Of a DNA stretch of 64,000 nucleotides, positions 19,790 to 30,843 are shown in pieces. The DNA is from Anaeromyxobacteraceae bacterium (GTDB lineage: Bacteria; Myxococcota; Myxococcia; Myxococcales; Anaeromyxobacteraceae), in assembly GCA_047602405.1 (NCBI GenBank), contig JASGHJ010000001.1, positions 2,016,001 to 2,080,000 of the forward strand. The letters run 5' to 3'. Under the pieces are notes generated by a model that was not told the origin of the DNA, searched no databases, and was given only the letters and a program-made list of their open reading frames with translations. The position numbers were made by a program, and so were the translations under genes. How positions within the stretch are numbered: position 1 is the stretch's first letter; every line of letters begins with the position of its first letter.

Positions 19790-22700
19790 TCAGGGGTCGT
19801 AGACGCAGACCGCCCCGGTGCGGACCGCCCGGGAGAGGAAGCGGCCGAGCGCCGGGTCGTGCTGGGCGATCCGCGCGATCGCGTCGGCGAGCCGGCGCCG
19901 GACGTTCACGCGGCTCCGCTCCGCGCGGTCTCCCGCGCGCCGTGCGCGGTCGCCGAGCCCGAGCGCCCGGGAGAGCTCCTCCTCGAGGGCCTCGCGCGCC
20001 TCGGCGGCCCGCGCCGCGCGGCCGGCGTCCCCGAGGCGCTCCGCCTCGTCCTGGGCCTCCCGGAGCTCGGCGGCGCGCCGGCGGTAGGCCGCGCGCGCCG
20101 GCGCGTCGAGGAGCTCCCCCGCGTCCCCGGCGCGCGCCGCCTGGGCCCCGCCCGCGGGGAGGTCGAGCTCGAGGGCCGAGAACGGGCGGCCGGGGCTCTC
20201 GACGAGGAGGGCGAGCATCTCGAGCCCCCGCACGTGGCGGACCCGGAGCGTGACCGCGCCGCGGCGGACGGCCCAGACGTCGCCCTCGCGCGCGAGCGAG
20301 AGCGGGGGCGCCGCGCCGGAGGCCGCGGGAGGCGCGGCGTCCGGTGCGCGCGGGGGCGGCGCGGCGGTCGTCGGGGCGAGCCCGAGCGCCTCGCGGCAGG
20401 CGAGGATGCGGCCGGGCTCGAGCGCGAGCGCCGCGCCGAGCTCGGCCGCGCGCGCGTCGTCCTCGCCGGCCTCGCGCCCGCGCCCCGCCCAGCGCAGGAG
20501 CGTGGCGCGCTCGGCGCGCAGGCTCGCCTCGAGCGGCCGCAGGCGCCGCCGGCCGCAGCGCCCCAGCGCGTGCTCGAACCAGGCGAGGGCGCCCTCGAGG
20601 TCGCCGCCGGCCGCCGCCACGAGGGCGAGCGGTCCCGAGAGCGGGCCGGCGTGGATGAGCCCCATCATGCCCCAGGTGACCTCGCGCCCGGCATACGGGC
20701 GCAGGCGTTCCACGAGCTCGGCGCAGGCCTCCCGGGGGCCGGCCGCGGCGGTCACGACGGCGAGGCAGCTCGCGTACTGGAGGTCGGCGAGCGAGGGCCG
20801 GGGACCCGCGGCGGAGAGCGCCTCCTCGTAGAGCGCGCGCAGCCGCTCGACGCGCCCGAGGCGGGCCCGCAGCGCCGCCTCGACGAGCGCGAAGAAGCCG
20901 TGGCCCCCCGCGAGGCGGGCCTCGAGCCCGCGGACGTCCGCCTCGAAGCCGTCGGGCGCGCGGCCGCGCAGGAGCACCGTCGCCCCCAGCCGGTGCAGCG
21001 TGAGCGACACGCCCGCGTCGAAGCCGCCGTCCGCCGCGGCCAGCCGCGCCGCCTCCGCGACGCGGCGCTCGCTCTCCGCGAAGTCGCCGGCCATGAGCGC
21101 GCGCATCGAGCGCAGGAGGGCCGGGCGCCAGCGGTAGGCGGGCAGCGCGAGGCGCTCCCCGAGCACCTCCACCTCGCCGATGGCGAGCTCCGCGTCGGGG
21201 AGCCGGCCGAGCTCGACGAGGTCGATGGCGAGGCGCGCCCGCGCCCGCTGCTCCACCGCGAGATCCCCGAGCGCCGCGGCCAGGCCCGCGCACTCGGCGT
21301 CGAGCGGCTCGCGCACCTCGGGCGGCGCGAGGTCGCCCAGCGCGGAGCACGCCGCGTACAGCGTGGCGAGGAGGGTGGGCCGGTCCCCGGCGCCGCGCGC
21401 GAGCGCGACGGCCTCGAGGGCGAGCGCGATCGGCTCCTCCGGCTCGGCGGCGGGCTGGAGCGCGCTCGCGAGCCGGGCGCGCAGCTGCGCCGAGAGCCCG
21501 GGCTCTCGGTCGCCGAGCCCGGCGAGCGCCTCGCGCAGGGCACGGACGAGCCCCGCGTTCACGACGCCGAGCGTGGTCGTGAAGCCGAGGGCGAGCACCG
21601 CCCGCGCCGTCCGGGCGGGATCGCCGAGGGCCCGGGCGAGGTCGGCGGCGCGCCCGGCCGTCTCGCGCGACCGCTCGCCGAGGCCCGCGCGGGCCTCGGC
21701 CTCGGCGAGGGCGATGCCGACGTCGCAGCGGAGCGCCGGCTCCCGAGTCGGCCCGAGCGCGTCGCGGGCGCGCCGGAGGAGCGAGGCGGCGTCCGCGTAG
21801 GCGCCGAGGCCGAGGGCGTGGCCGGCGGCGGCGCGGGCGAGCGCCACCGCACGCTCGGTGGGACCCTCGGGCAGGCCGAGGAGCGCGTGGTGCGCGACCG
21901 CCGCCGGCGAGGCGCCGGGCCTGGCCTCGAGCCAGAGGGAGTGGGCGTGGTGCAGCGCCGCGCGCCGGGCGGGCGGGAGGCCCGCGTGCACGGCCTCGTG
22001 CACGAGTCCGTGGGAGAACGCGAGGTGGCCGGGGCGCCCGGGCGAAGGCGCGACGATGCCCGTCCCCGCCGCGAGCGCGAGGGCCTCCCGGGCCTGGCCG
22101 CCGGTCGCGTCCGCGCCGAGGGCCTCGAGCGCGTCGAGCTCGAACGTGCGCCCGAGCACGCTCGCGGCCTCCACGGCGCGCCGGGCGGGCCCCGGCAGGC
22201 GCGCGAGCCGCGACCGCACCACCGCCCGGATGCCCTCCGCCACCGGCGCGTCGCCGGCCGTCGCGGCGGCGAGCTCGGCGTGGCGCGCCAGCTCCTCCGC
22301 GAAGAGCGGGTTGCCCTCGCTCGCCGCCACGACGCGGCGGAGGGCCTCGCCCGCGAGGGCCGGCGCGACGCGGGAGGCGAGCGCCTCGAGCTCGCCCGGC
22401 CCGAGCGGCCGCAGCTCCAGCCGGCGACCCTCGCGGCCGATCCGCGCGAGGGCCTCGTCGAGGCCCGGCGAGGCGCGCGCCTCCGCCGGGCGGAAGGTGG
22501 CGAGGAGCGCGAGGCGCGCCCCGCGGAGCCCGCGGGCGACGAACAGGAGGAGGTCGAGCGTGGCGTCGTCGGCGGCGTGGAGGTCGTCGAGCACGACCAG
22601 CACCGGCCGCTCCTCGCCGAGCGCCCGCAGCCGGGCCCGGACGCGCGCGAAGGCCTCGAAGCGCGCGGCCTGGGAGGCCTCCGCGCCCGCGAGCGCGTCC

Positions 22701-22963
22701 TCCGCGCCGAGGCCCGCGAGCGCCTCCCGCCAGGGCCAGAGCGGCGGGGCGCCGCCCGCCTCCCACGCGCGGCCCCACACCACGCGCAGGCCGAGGCCCT
22801 GGGCCCGCGCCGCCGCCGCGTCGGCGAGGTGGGTCTTGCCGATGCCCGGCTCGCCGGCGACGAGGCGCACCACCCCGTGGCCCGCCGCCGCCGAGGCGAG
22901 CGCGTCCTCGAGGTCCGCGAGCTCCGCGTCCCGTCCGATGAGCGCCCCCGCCGCGTCCGCCAT
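19790..22963 (-). CDS. Large AAA/STAND-type ATPase, probable transcriptional regulator
   Basis: LIGRDAEL, GEPGIGKT, LDDLHAAD, GNPLF, helical repeats, C-terminal putative DNA-binding domain. Confidence 0.8.
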   Translation of the reverse strand: MADAAGALIGRDAELADLEDALASAAAGHGVVRLVAGEPGIGKTHLADAAAARAQGLGLRVVWGRAWEAGGAPPLWPWREALAGLGAEDALAGAEASQAARFEAFARVRARLRALGEERPVLVVLDDLHAADDATLDLLLFVARGLRGARLALLATFRPAEARASPGLDEALARIGREGRRLELRPLGPGELEALASRVAPALAGEALRRVVAASEGNPLFAEELARHAELAAATAGDAPVAEGIRAVVRSRLARLPGPARRAVEAASVLGRTFELDALEALGADATGGQAREALALAAGTGIVAPSPGRPGHLAFSHGLVHEAVHAGLPPARRAALHHAHSLWLEARPGASPAAVAHHALLGLPEGPTERAVALARAAAGHALGLGAYADAASLLRRARDALGPTREPALRCDVGIALAEAEARAGLGERSRETAGRAADLARALGDPARTARAVLALGFTTTLGVVNAGLVRALREALAGLGDREPGLSAQLRARLASALQPAAEPEEPIALALEAVALARGAGDRPTLLATLYAACSALGDLAPPEVREPLDAECAGLAAALGDLAVEQRARARLAIDLVELGRLPDAELAIGEVEVLGERLALPAYRWRPALLRSMRALMAGDFAESERRVAEAARLAAADGGFDAGVSLTLHRLGATVLLRGRAPDGFEADVRGLEARLAGGHGFFALVEAALRARLGRVERLRALYEEALSAAGPRPSLADLQYASCLAVVTAAAGPREACAELVERLRPYAGREVTWGMMGLIHAGPLSGPLALVAAAGGDLEGALAWFEHALGRCGRRRLRPLEASLRAERATLLRWAGRGREAGEDDARAAELGAALALEPGRILACREALGLAPTTAAPPPRAPDAAPPAASGAAPPLSLAREGDVWAVRRGAVTLRVRHVRGLEMLALLVESPGRPFSALELDLPAGGAQAARAGDAGELLDAPARAAYRRRAAELREAQDEAERLGDAGRAARAAEAREALEEELSRALGLGDRARRAGDRAERSRVNVRRRLADAIARIAQHDPALGRFLSRAVRTGAVCVYDP

Positions 22964-23080
22964 GCTGGCTTCCTATTGCGTCGCACCGGGGCCGTCGATG
23001 CGCAGGGAGGAGCGGTCCGGCGCGGCCCGGAGGGGGTGGGGGGAGTGGGGGAGGGGGCCATCAGGCAGTCCGACTTCGGA

Positions 23081-23150
23081 CCCGCCTCCGCCTCCGCCTC
23101 CGCCTCCGGCTCCGACTCCGCCTCCGGCTCCTCCTCCGACCCCGCCTCCC
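23081..23150. repeat. Hexamer microsatellite (CTCCGN-type)
   Basis: cccgcctccgcctccgcctccgcctccggctccgactccgcctccggctcc... Confidence 0.8.
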
Positions 23151-23232
23151 GCCCCCTTCCGGTCCTGCGTCACCCGGCCGCGTGGCCCCACCCCTCCCGG
23201 AGTGCACATGCTCCGCGGGAGGGGGTCGCCCC

Positions 23233-23745
23233 ATGACGCACCACGCGGAGCACGTGAAGGCTCCGGTCCACGCGGAGGAGGCGCTGTACGAGGGCTACGG
23301 GCCGGGCGGCGTCGCCCTGCTCGTCGAGTGCGTGACCACGAACCGGAACCGGACGGCGGCCGACGTCCGCGCCCGGCTCGAGAAGTCGGGCGGTCACCTC
23401 GCGGAGCAGGGGGCGGTCGCCTGGCAGTTCGAGCGGGTCGGCGCGTTCAAGATCAGGCCCGGGCCCACCCGCGAGGCGGTGGAGACCGCCGCGATCGAGG
23501 CGGGGGCGGAGGACGTGCGGGACCTCGGGGCGGAGGGGTTCGAGATCCGCACCCACCCGGCCGACGTGCACGGCGTGCACGCCGCGATGGCGGGCCAGCT
23601 CCCGGTGGAGCCGGAGCGCCTCGCCTGGGTCCCGAAGGACGCCGTCCCGGTGGACGCCGAGCGGGCCGCCTCCGTCCGGCGGGCGGTCGCGCTCCTCGAG
23701 GAGCTCGACGAGGTGCGGGCGGTCCACGCGAACGTCGCGCCCTGA
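23233..23745 (+). CDS. N-terminally truncated YebC/PmpR-family protein
   Basis: YEGYGPGGVALLVECVTTNRNRT and LEELDEVRAVHAN; the MAGHSKW N-terminal domain is absent. Confidence 0.8.
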   Translation: MTHHAEHVKAPVHAEEALYEGYGPGGVALLVECVTTNRNRTAADVRARLEKSGGHLAEQGAVAWQFERVGAFKIRPGPTREAVETAAIEAGAEDVRDLGAEGFEIRTHPADVHGVHAAMAGQLPVEPERLAWVPKDAVPVDAERAASVRRAVALLEELDEVRAVHANVAP

Positions 23746-23785
23746 GTGACGCCGGGACAGCCCTCCGGGCTACACTGCGGGCGCG

Positions 23786-25141
23786 ATGCGCGCCTACGAG
23801 ATCATCCATGCGAAGCGGGAGGGCAAGGAGCTCCCGCCCGAGGAGATCGCCCGGCTGGTCGAGGGCTACACGCGCGGCGAGATCCCGGACTACCAGCTGG
23901 CCGCCTTCTGCATGGCGGTCTTCTTCCGCGGCATGGCGCCCGCCGAGATCGCCGCCCTCACCGGTGCGATGCTCCGCTCCGGCGACGTGCTCGACCTCTC
24001 CGACATCCCCGGCGCGAAGGTCGACAAGCACTCGACCGGCGGCGTGGGCGACAAGGTGTCGCTCGCGCTCGCCCCGCTCGCGGCCGCGTGCGGCGTGAAG
24101 GTCCCGATGATCTCCGGCCGCGGGCTCGGCCACACCGGCGGCACGCTCGACAAGCTCGAGGCCATCCCCGGCTTCCGGGTGGACCTCCCGGTGGACCGCT
24201 TCCGCGCGCTCGTGCGCGAGGTGGGCTGCTGCCTCATCGGCCAGACCGAGCGCCTCGCCCCCGCCGACCGGAAGCTCTACGCGCTGCGCGACGTGACCGC
24301 GACGGTCGAGTCGATCCCGCTCATCGCCGCGTCGATCATGTCGAAGAAGCTCGCCGAGGGCATCGACGCGCTCGTGCTCGACGTGAAGGTCGGCTCGGGC
24401 GCCTTCATGAAGACGATGGACCGCGCCCGCGAGATCGCGCGCACGCTCGCCGGGATCGGTCGCAGCATGGGCAAGCGCGTCACCGCCCTCGTCACGCGGA
24501 TGGACGAGCCGCTCGGGCTCGCGGTCGGGAACGCGCTCGAGACCGCCGAGGCGATCGCGCTCCTCGGCGGCGGCGGCCCGCCCGACCTGCGCGAGGTCAC
24601 GGTCGCGCTCACCGCGGAGATGCTGCTCCTCGGCGGCGCCGCGCCGGACCGCGCCGCGGCCCGCGCGCGTGTCGAGGGTGCGATCGCCGACGGCTCCGGC
24701 CTCGCGAAGCTCGAGGAGATCGTCCGCGCCCAGGGCGGCGACCCCGCGGCGGTCCGGGATCCCGGCCGGCTGCCGGTGGCGCCGCGCCGGCTGCCGGTGC
24801 CCGCGCCGGAGGGCGGCATCGTGCAGGCCATCGACACCGAGGCGGTCGGGCTCGCCTCCGTCGCGCTCGGCGCCGGGCGCGCCCGCACCGAGGACCGGAT
24901 CGATCCCGCCGTCGGGATCGTGGTCCACAGGAAGCTCGGCGACCGCGTCGAGCGCGGCGAGCCGCTCGCCACGATCCACCACGGGGAGCGCGGCGAGGAC
25001 CCGGCGCGGGTCGCGATGCGCCTCGCGACCGCGTGGCGCATCGGCGTCGGTCCCTCGACTCCGGACCCGCTGCGCGGGTCCTACGCTCAGGATGGGCGGA
25101 AGGAGCGGCCCCTCGTGCTCGAGACCCTGGAGGACACGTGA
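23786..25141 (+). CDS. pdp: Pyrimidine-nucleoside (thymidine) phosphorylase
   Basis: DKHSTGGVGDK, SGRGLGHTGGT, SIMSKK. Confidence 0.93.
   Translation: MRAYEIIHAKREGKELPPEEIARLVEGYTRGEIPDYQLAAFCMAVFFRGMAPAEIAALTGAMLRSGDVLDLSDIPGAKVDKHSTGGVGDKVSLALAPLAAACGVKVPMISGRGLGHTGGTLDKLEAIPGFRVDLPVDRFRALVREVGCCLIGQTERLAPADRKLYALRDVTATVESIPLIAASIMSKKLAEGIDALVLDVKVGSGAFMKTMDRAREIARTLAGIGRSMGKRVTALVTRMDEPLGLAVGNALETAEAIALLGGGGPPDLREVTVALTAEMLLLGGAAPDRAAARARVEGAIADGSGLAKLEEIVRAQGGDPAAVRDPGRLPVAPRRLPVPAPEGGIVQAIDTEAVGLASVALGAGRARTEDRIDPAVGIVVHRKLGDRVERGEPLATIHHGERGEDPARVAMRLATAWRIGVGPSTPDPLRGSYAQDGRKERPLVLETLEDT
25050..25100 (+). repeat. Intragenic palindromic element, copy B, in the pdp C-terminus
   Basis: GTCCCTCGAC-TCC-GGACCCGC-TGC-GCGGGTCC-TACGCTCAGGATGGGCGGA. 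Confidence 0.7.
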
Positions 25142-25983
25142 GCAAGGCCGATCTCCACACGCGGCTCCAGTACGCGCTCGCCTGGGTGCGGGGCCGCGTC
25201 GACGTGCAGCCGGCGGCGGGCGTGATCCTCGGCTCCGGGCTCGCCGGCCTCGCCGAGGGCATCGAGCGCGCCGCCGTCATCCCGTACGACGAGATCCCCG
25301 GCATGCCGGTGCCGAAGGTGATCGGCCACCCCGGCCGGCTCGTCGTCGGCGAGCTCAGCCGCCCCGAGGGGCGGGTGACCGTGGCGGCGCTCCTCGGGCG
25401 CGCCCACGCGTACGAGGGTCACCCGCCGGAGGACGTGGCGTTCGGGGCCCGGCTCCTCTGCGCCCTCGGGGTGAAGGCCCTCCTCACCACCAACGCCGCC
25501 GGCGGGATCAACCCTGCGTTCCAGCCCGGCGACCTCGTGCGGATCACCGACCACCTCGACCTCTCCCGCTCGAACCCCCTCGTGGGCGAGAACGACGACC
25601 GGCTCGGTCCGCGGTTCCCCGACCTCTCCCAGGCCTACGACCCGGAGCTCGGCGCCCTGCTCGACCGCACCGCGTCGGGGCTGGGCCAGACCCTGCGCCA
25701 GGGGGTCTACGCCTGCGTCACGGGGCCCTCTTACGAGACACCCGCCGAGGTGCGGATGCTCAGGGCGCTCGGCGCGGATCTCGTGGGGATGTCGACGGTT
25801 CCGGAGGTCATCGCCGCCCGACACATGGGGGTCCGGGTCGCCGCGGTGTCCTGCGTCACGAACCACGCGGCCGGGCTCTCCGCCCGCCCCCTGTCCCACG
25901 CCGAGGTGGAGGTGGTCGCGGCGGGGGCGCGCGATCGGTTCGCGGCCCTCGCGACTGCCTTCCTGGTCTCCGCGCTCCGCTGA
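25138..25983 (+). CDS. punA: Purine-nucleoside phosphorylase (trimeric PunA/XapA type)
   Basis: ILGSGL, GRAHAYEG, TNAAGG, GPSYETPAE, VGMSTVPE. Confidence 0.92.
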   Translation: MSKADLHTRLQYALAWVRGRVDVQPAAGVILGSGLAGLAEGIERAAVIPYDEIPGMPVPKVIGHPGRLVVGELSRPEGRVTVAALLGRAHAYEGHPPEDVAFGARLLCALGVKALLTTNAAGGINPAFQPGDLVRITDHLDLSRSNPLVGENDDRLGPRFPDLSQAYDPELGALLDRTASGLGQTLRQGVYACVTGPSYETPAEVRMLRALGADLVGMSTVPEVIAARHMGVRVAAVSCVTNHAAGLSARPLSHAEVEVVAAGARDRFAALATAFLVSALR

Positions 25984-26063
25984 GGTGACGACGCCGCAAC
26001 GTCCGTTGAACGGCCCGGTTCACGCTGCTAGGCTCGAAAGTACCCCTGCCGGAGGAAGCAGCC

Positions 26064-26411
26064 GTGAATTCCGCCATCGAGGCCCTGAGCGAGGAGCGCG
26101 CGGCGGACCGCCGCGAGAGCGACCGCGTCCCCATCTCGCTCTTCGTCCGCGACGCCGCCGCCGGTGGCTCGTTCGAGGAGCACGACGGGAACATCGCGCT
26201 CGGCGGCTTCTACTTCGCGGCGCAGCACCCCCCCGGGAGCGACCGGTTCGACGTCCGCGTGCTGCTCCCGGGCACGAAGGACGAGTTCACCGCCACCGGC
26301 GAGGTGCTCCGCATCTCCCGCGACGGCGTGCTGTACGGCACGCACCTGCGCTTCAGCGACATCGGCCTCGAGGCGGAGCTCGCCCTCGCCCGCTGGCTGC
26401 AGCGGGGCTAG
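26064..26411 (+). CDS. Stand-alone PilZ-domain protein
   Basis: RRESDR (RxxxR), NIALGG, GEVLR...GTHLRF. Confidence 0.75.
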   Translation: MNSAIEALSEERAADRRESDRVPISLFVRDAAAGGSFEEHDGNIALGGFYFAAQHPPGSDRFDVRVLLPGTKDEFTATGEVLRISRDGVLYGTHLRFSDIGLEAELALARWLQRG

Positions 26412-26413
26412 CC

Positions 26414-26845
26414 GTGGCGGCCGCGGGTCCTGCATCCCCGGGCGCCCGGCGGCGCCTCGTCGCCGCCGCCCGCGCCGCGCGCGCGAACGCCCACGCCCCG
26501 TACTCGCGCTTCCGGGTCGGCGCGGCCGTCCTCGCCGGCCGCCGGGTGCACGCGGGCTGCAACGTCGAGAACGCGAGCTACGGGCTCACCACCTGCGCCG
26601 AGCGGAACGCGATCGCCGCGGCGGTCCTCGCGGGCGCGCGCCACGTCGACGCGGTGGCGGTCGCCTCGGGCACCGACGAACCGACCCCGCCCTGCGGCGC
26701 CTGCCTGCAGGTGCTCGCGGAGTTCGGCGGGCCGGACCTCGTGGTCGTGCTCGCCGGCCTCCGCGGCGAGGTGGTGCGGACGCTCGGCGAGCTCATGCCG
26801 CACGGGTTCGGGAAGGCGTTCCTCGGCAAGGGCCAGCGGGGCTAG
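26414..26845 (+). CDS. cdd: Cytidine deaminase
   Basis: APYSRFRVGAA, NVENASY, CAE, PCGAC. Confidence 0.93.
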   Translation: MAAAGPASPGARRRLVAAARAARANAHAPYSRFRVGAAVLAGRRVHAGCNVENASYGLTTCAERNAIAAAVLAGARHVDAVAVASGTDEPTPPCGACLQVLAEFGGPDLVVVLAGLRGEVVRTLGELMPHGFGKAFLGKGQRG

Positions 26846-27805
26846 ATGCGGACGGTCGGCGGCATGAAGGTGCTCGGCTCCATCGAGGAGGCCAGGGAGA
26901 CCGGCGCGGTCCGCGGCGGGGCGGTCGCGATCGGCAACTTCGACGGCGTCCACCTCGGCCACCAGGCGCTCATGCGGCTCGCCAGGGAGCGCGCCGCCGC
27001 GCGGGGCGCGCCCTCGGCGGTGCTCACGTTCGACCCGCACCCGGTCCGCGTGCTGCGCCCCTCGGTGGCGCCGCCGGTGCTCACCGCGCTGCCGCGCAAG
27101 CTCGAGCTCCTCGCCGGGCTCGGCCTCGACGCCACGGTCGTGCAGCCCTTCGACCTCGCCTGGGCCCGGACCACCGCCGAGGTCTTCGTCGAGCGCGACC
27201 TCGCCGGCGGGCTCGGCGTGAAGGACGTCGTCGTCGGCCACGACTTCACGGCCGGCAACCAGCGCGCGCGCGTCGACGCGCTCCGCCCCATGCTCGAGGC
27301 CCGCGGGATCGCGCTCCAGGTCGTCGCGCCGGTCGCCTCCGACGGCCTCGTCGTCTCGTCCACGAAGATCCGCGAGCTGCTCCTCGAGGGGAACGTGGAG
27401 GACGCCGCCGCGCTCCTCACCCGCCCGCACGACGTCACCGGCGAGGTGGTGCGCGGCGCCGGGCGGGGGCGGGGGTTCGGGTTCGGCACCGCGAACGTCG
27501 CGACGCCGTGCCTGCTGCCGCGGAACGGGGTCTACGCGGTGCGGGCCGTGGTCGGGGCGCGGGCCGAGCAGGGCGGGGTCTGCAACGTGGGCGTGAAGCC
27601 CACGGTCGAGGCGGCGGGCGGGGTCACCTGCGAGGTGCACCTGTTCGATCACGACGGCTCGGACCTGTACGGCGAGGCGATCCGGGTGGCCTTCGTGGCG
27701 CGGCTGCGCGAGGAGCGCCGGTTCCCGTCGGTGGACGCCCTGCGCGCCCAGATCGCCGAGGATGCGGCGAAGGCGCGCGCGCTCGTGGGCCCGGGGTCGA
27801 TGTAG
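26846..27805 (+). CDS. ribF: Bifunctional riboflavin kinase/FAD synthetase
   Basis: GNFDGVHLGH, SSTKIR, GRGRGFGFGTAN, EVHLFD; true start may be ATG 26864. Confidence 0.93.
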   Translation: MRTVGGMKVLGSIEEARETGAVRGGAVAIGNFDGVHLGHQALMRLARERAAARGAPSAVLTFDPHPVRVLRPSVAPPVLTALPRKLELLAGLGLDATVVQPFDLAWARTTAEVFVERDLAGGLGVKDVVVGHDFTAGNQRARVDALRPMLEARGIALQVVAPVASDGLVVSSTKIRELLLEGNVEDAAALLTRPHDVTGEVVRGAGRGRGFGFGTANVATPCLLPRNGVYAVRAVVGARAEQGGVCNVGVKPTVEAAGGVTCEVHLFDHDGSDLYGEAIRVAFVARLREERRFPSVDALRAQIAEDAAKARALVGPGSM

Positions 27806-27861
27806 GACGGCCGGACGGGCTTTTTCGGTGTGGTATCGCGGGGTTCCAGCAGGCCCCTTCC

Positions 27862-27891
27862 TTGACCCTCCGAGGAACCGCCTGTTAAGGT
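27862..27891 (+). promoter_or_regulatory. Candidate sigma70 promoter of the pilB operon
   Basis: TTGACC-N18-TAAGGT with TG extended -10; GC hairpin at about 27906-27932 in the leader. Confidence 0.45.
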
Positions 27892-27962
27892 CGTAGGGCT
27901 GTGGGCCCCGCTCGTCCCCCCGACGAGCGGGGGCGCCCGACAGCCCTCGGAGAGACCACACC

Positions 27963-29670
<1,708 letters not shown>

Positions 29671-29678
29671 GACCCACC

Positions 29679-30785
29679 GTGGCGAACCTTCATCAGCTCC
29701 TCAAGGCGATGGTCGAGAAGGGGGCGTCCGACCTCCACATCACGACCGGCTCGCCGCCGCAGCTCCGCATCGACGGGCGGCTCGTGCCGCTCAAGACCCC
29801 GCCGCTGTCGCCCGTCGACACGAAGCAGCTCTGCTACTCCATCCTCACCGACGCGCAGAAGCACAAGTTCGAGGAGGAGAACGAGCTCGACCTCTCCTTC
29901 GGGGTGAAGGGGCTGTCGCGCTTCCGCTCCAACATCTTCATGCAGCGTGGCGCCGTCGCCGGCGCGTTCCGCACCATCCCCTTCAAGATCCTGACCTTCG
30001 CCGAGCTGGGCCTGCCCGCCATCGTGCAGGACCTCGCGAAGAAACCGCGCGGCCTCGTGCTCGTCACCGGCCCCACCGGCTCCGGCAAGTCGACGACGCT
30101 CGCCTCCATCATCGACAAGATCAACACCGACCGGCACGAGCACATCCTCACCATCGAGGATCCGATCGAGTACCTGCACCCGCACAAGAACTGCCTCGTG
30201 AACCAGCGCGAGGTGGGGGCGGACACGCAGAGCTTCAAGAAGGCGCTCAAGTACATCCTCCGCCAGGACCCGGACGTCGTCCTCATCGGCGAGATGCGAG
30301 ACCTCGAGACCGTCGAGGCGGCGCTCGTGATCTCCGAGACCGGCCACCTCGCCTTCGCGACCCTGCACACGAACAGCGCGGTGCAGACCATCAACCGCAT
30401 CCTGGACGTGTTCCCGCCCTACCAGCAGCCGCAGGTGCGCGCGCAGCTCTCGTTCGTGCTCGAGGGCGTGCTCACCCAGAACCTCCTGCCGCGCGCGGGC
30501 GCGCCGGGCCGCGTCCTCATCGTCGAGGTCATGGTCCCGAACCCCGCCATCCGGAACCTCATCCGCGAGGACAAGGTCCACCAGATCTACTCGCAGATGC
30601 AGGTCGGCCAGGCGAAGTTCGGGATGCAGACGTTCAACCAGGGCCTCGCCGCCGCCTTCGCGCGCCGGCTCGTCACGATGGAGGAGGCGCTCGGCCGGTC
30701 GTCCGACCCCGAGGAGCTCAAGAACCTGCTCGCCGGCAGCGCCGCGGCGGCCGGACAGGCGCGCGGGGCCCCGCCCGCCCGGTAG
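29679..30785 (+). CDS. pilT: Retraction ATPase
   Basis: ASDLH, GPTGSGKST, TIEDPIE, AIRNLIRE. Confidence 0.96.
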   Translation: MANLHQLLKAMVEKGASDLHITTGSPPQLRIDGRLVPLKTPPLSPVDTKQLCYSILTDAQKHKFEEENELDLSFGVKGLSRFRSNIFMQRGAVAGAFRTIPFKILTFAELGLPAIVQDLAKKPRGLVLVTGPTGSGKSTTLASIIDKINTDRHEHILTIEDPIEYLHPHKNCLVNQREVGADTQSFKKALKYILRQDPDVVLIGEMRDLETVEAALVISETGHLAFATLHTNSAVQTINRILDVFPPYQQPQVRAQLSFVLEGVLTQNLLPRAGAPGRVLIVEVMVPNPAIRNLIREDKVHQIYSQMQVGQAKFGMQTFNQGLAAAFARRLVTMEEALGRSSDPEELKNLLAGSAAAAGQARGAPPAR

Positions 30786-30843
30786 CCGATTCGACCGGCG
30801 GGGGACGCTCCGCTAGGATCGCCGAGGAACGAGGACCGACCGA

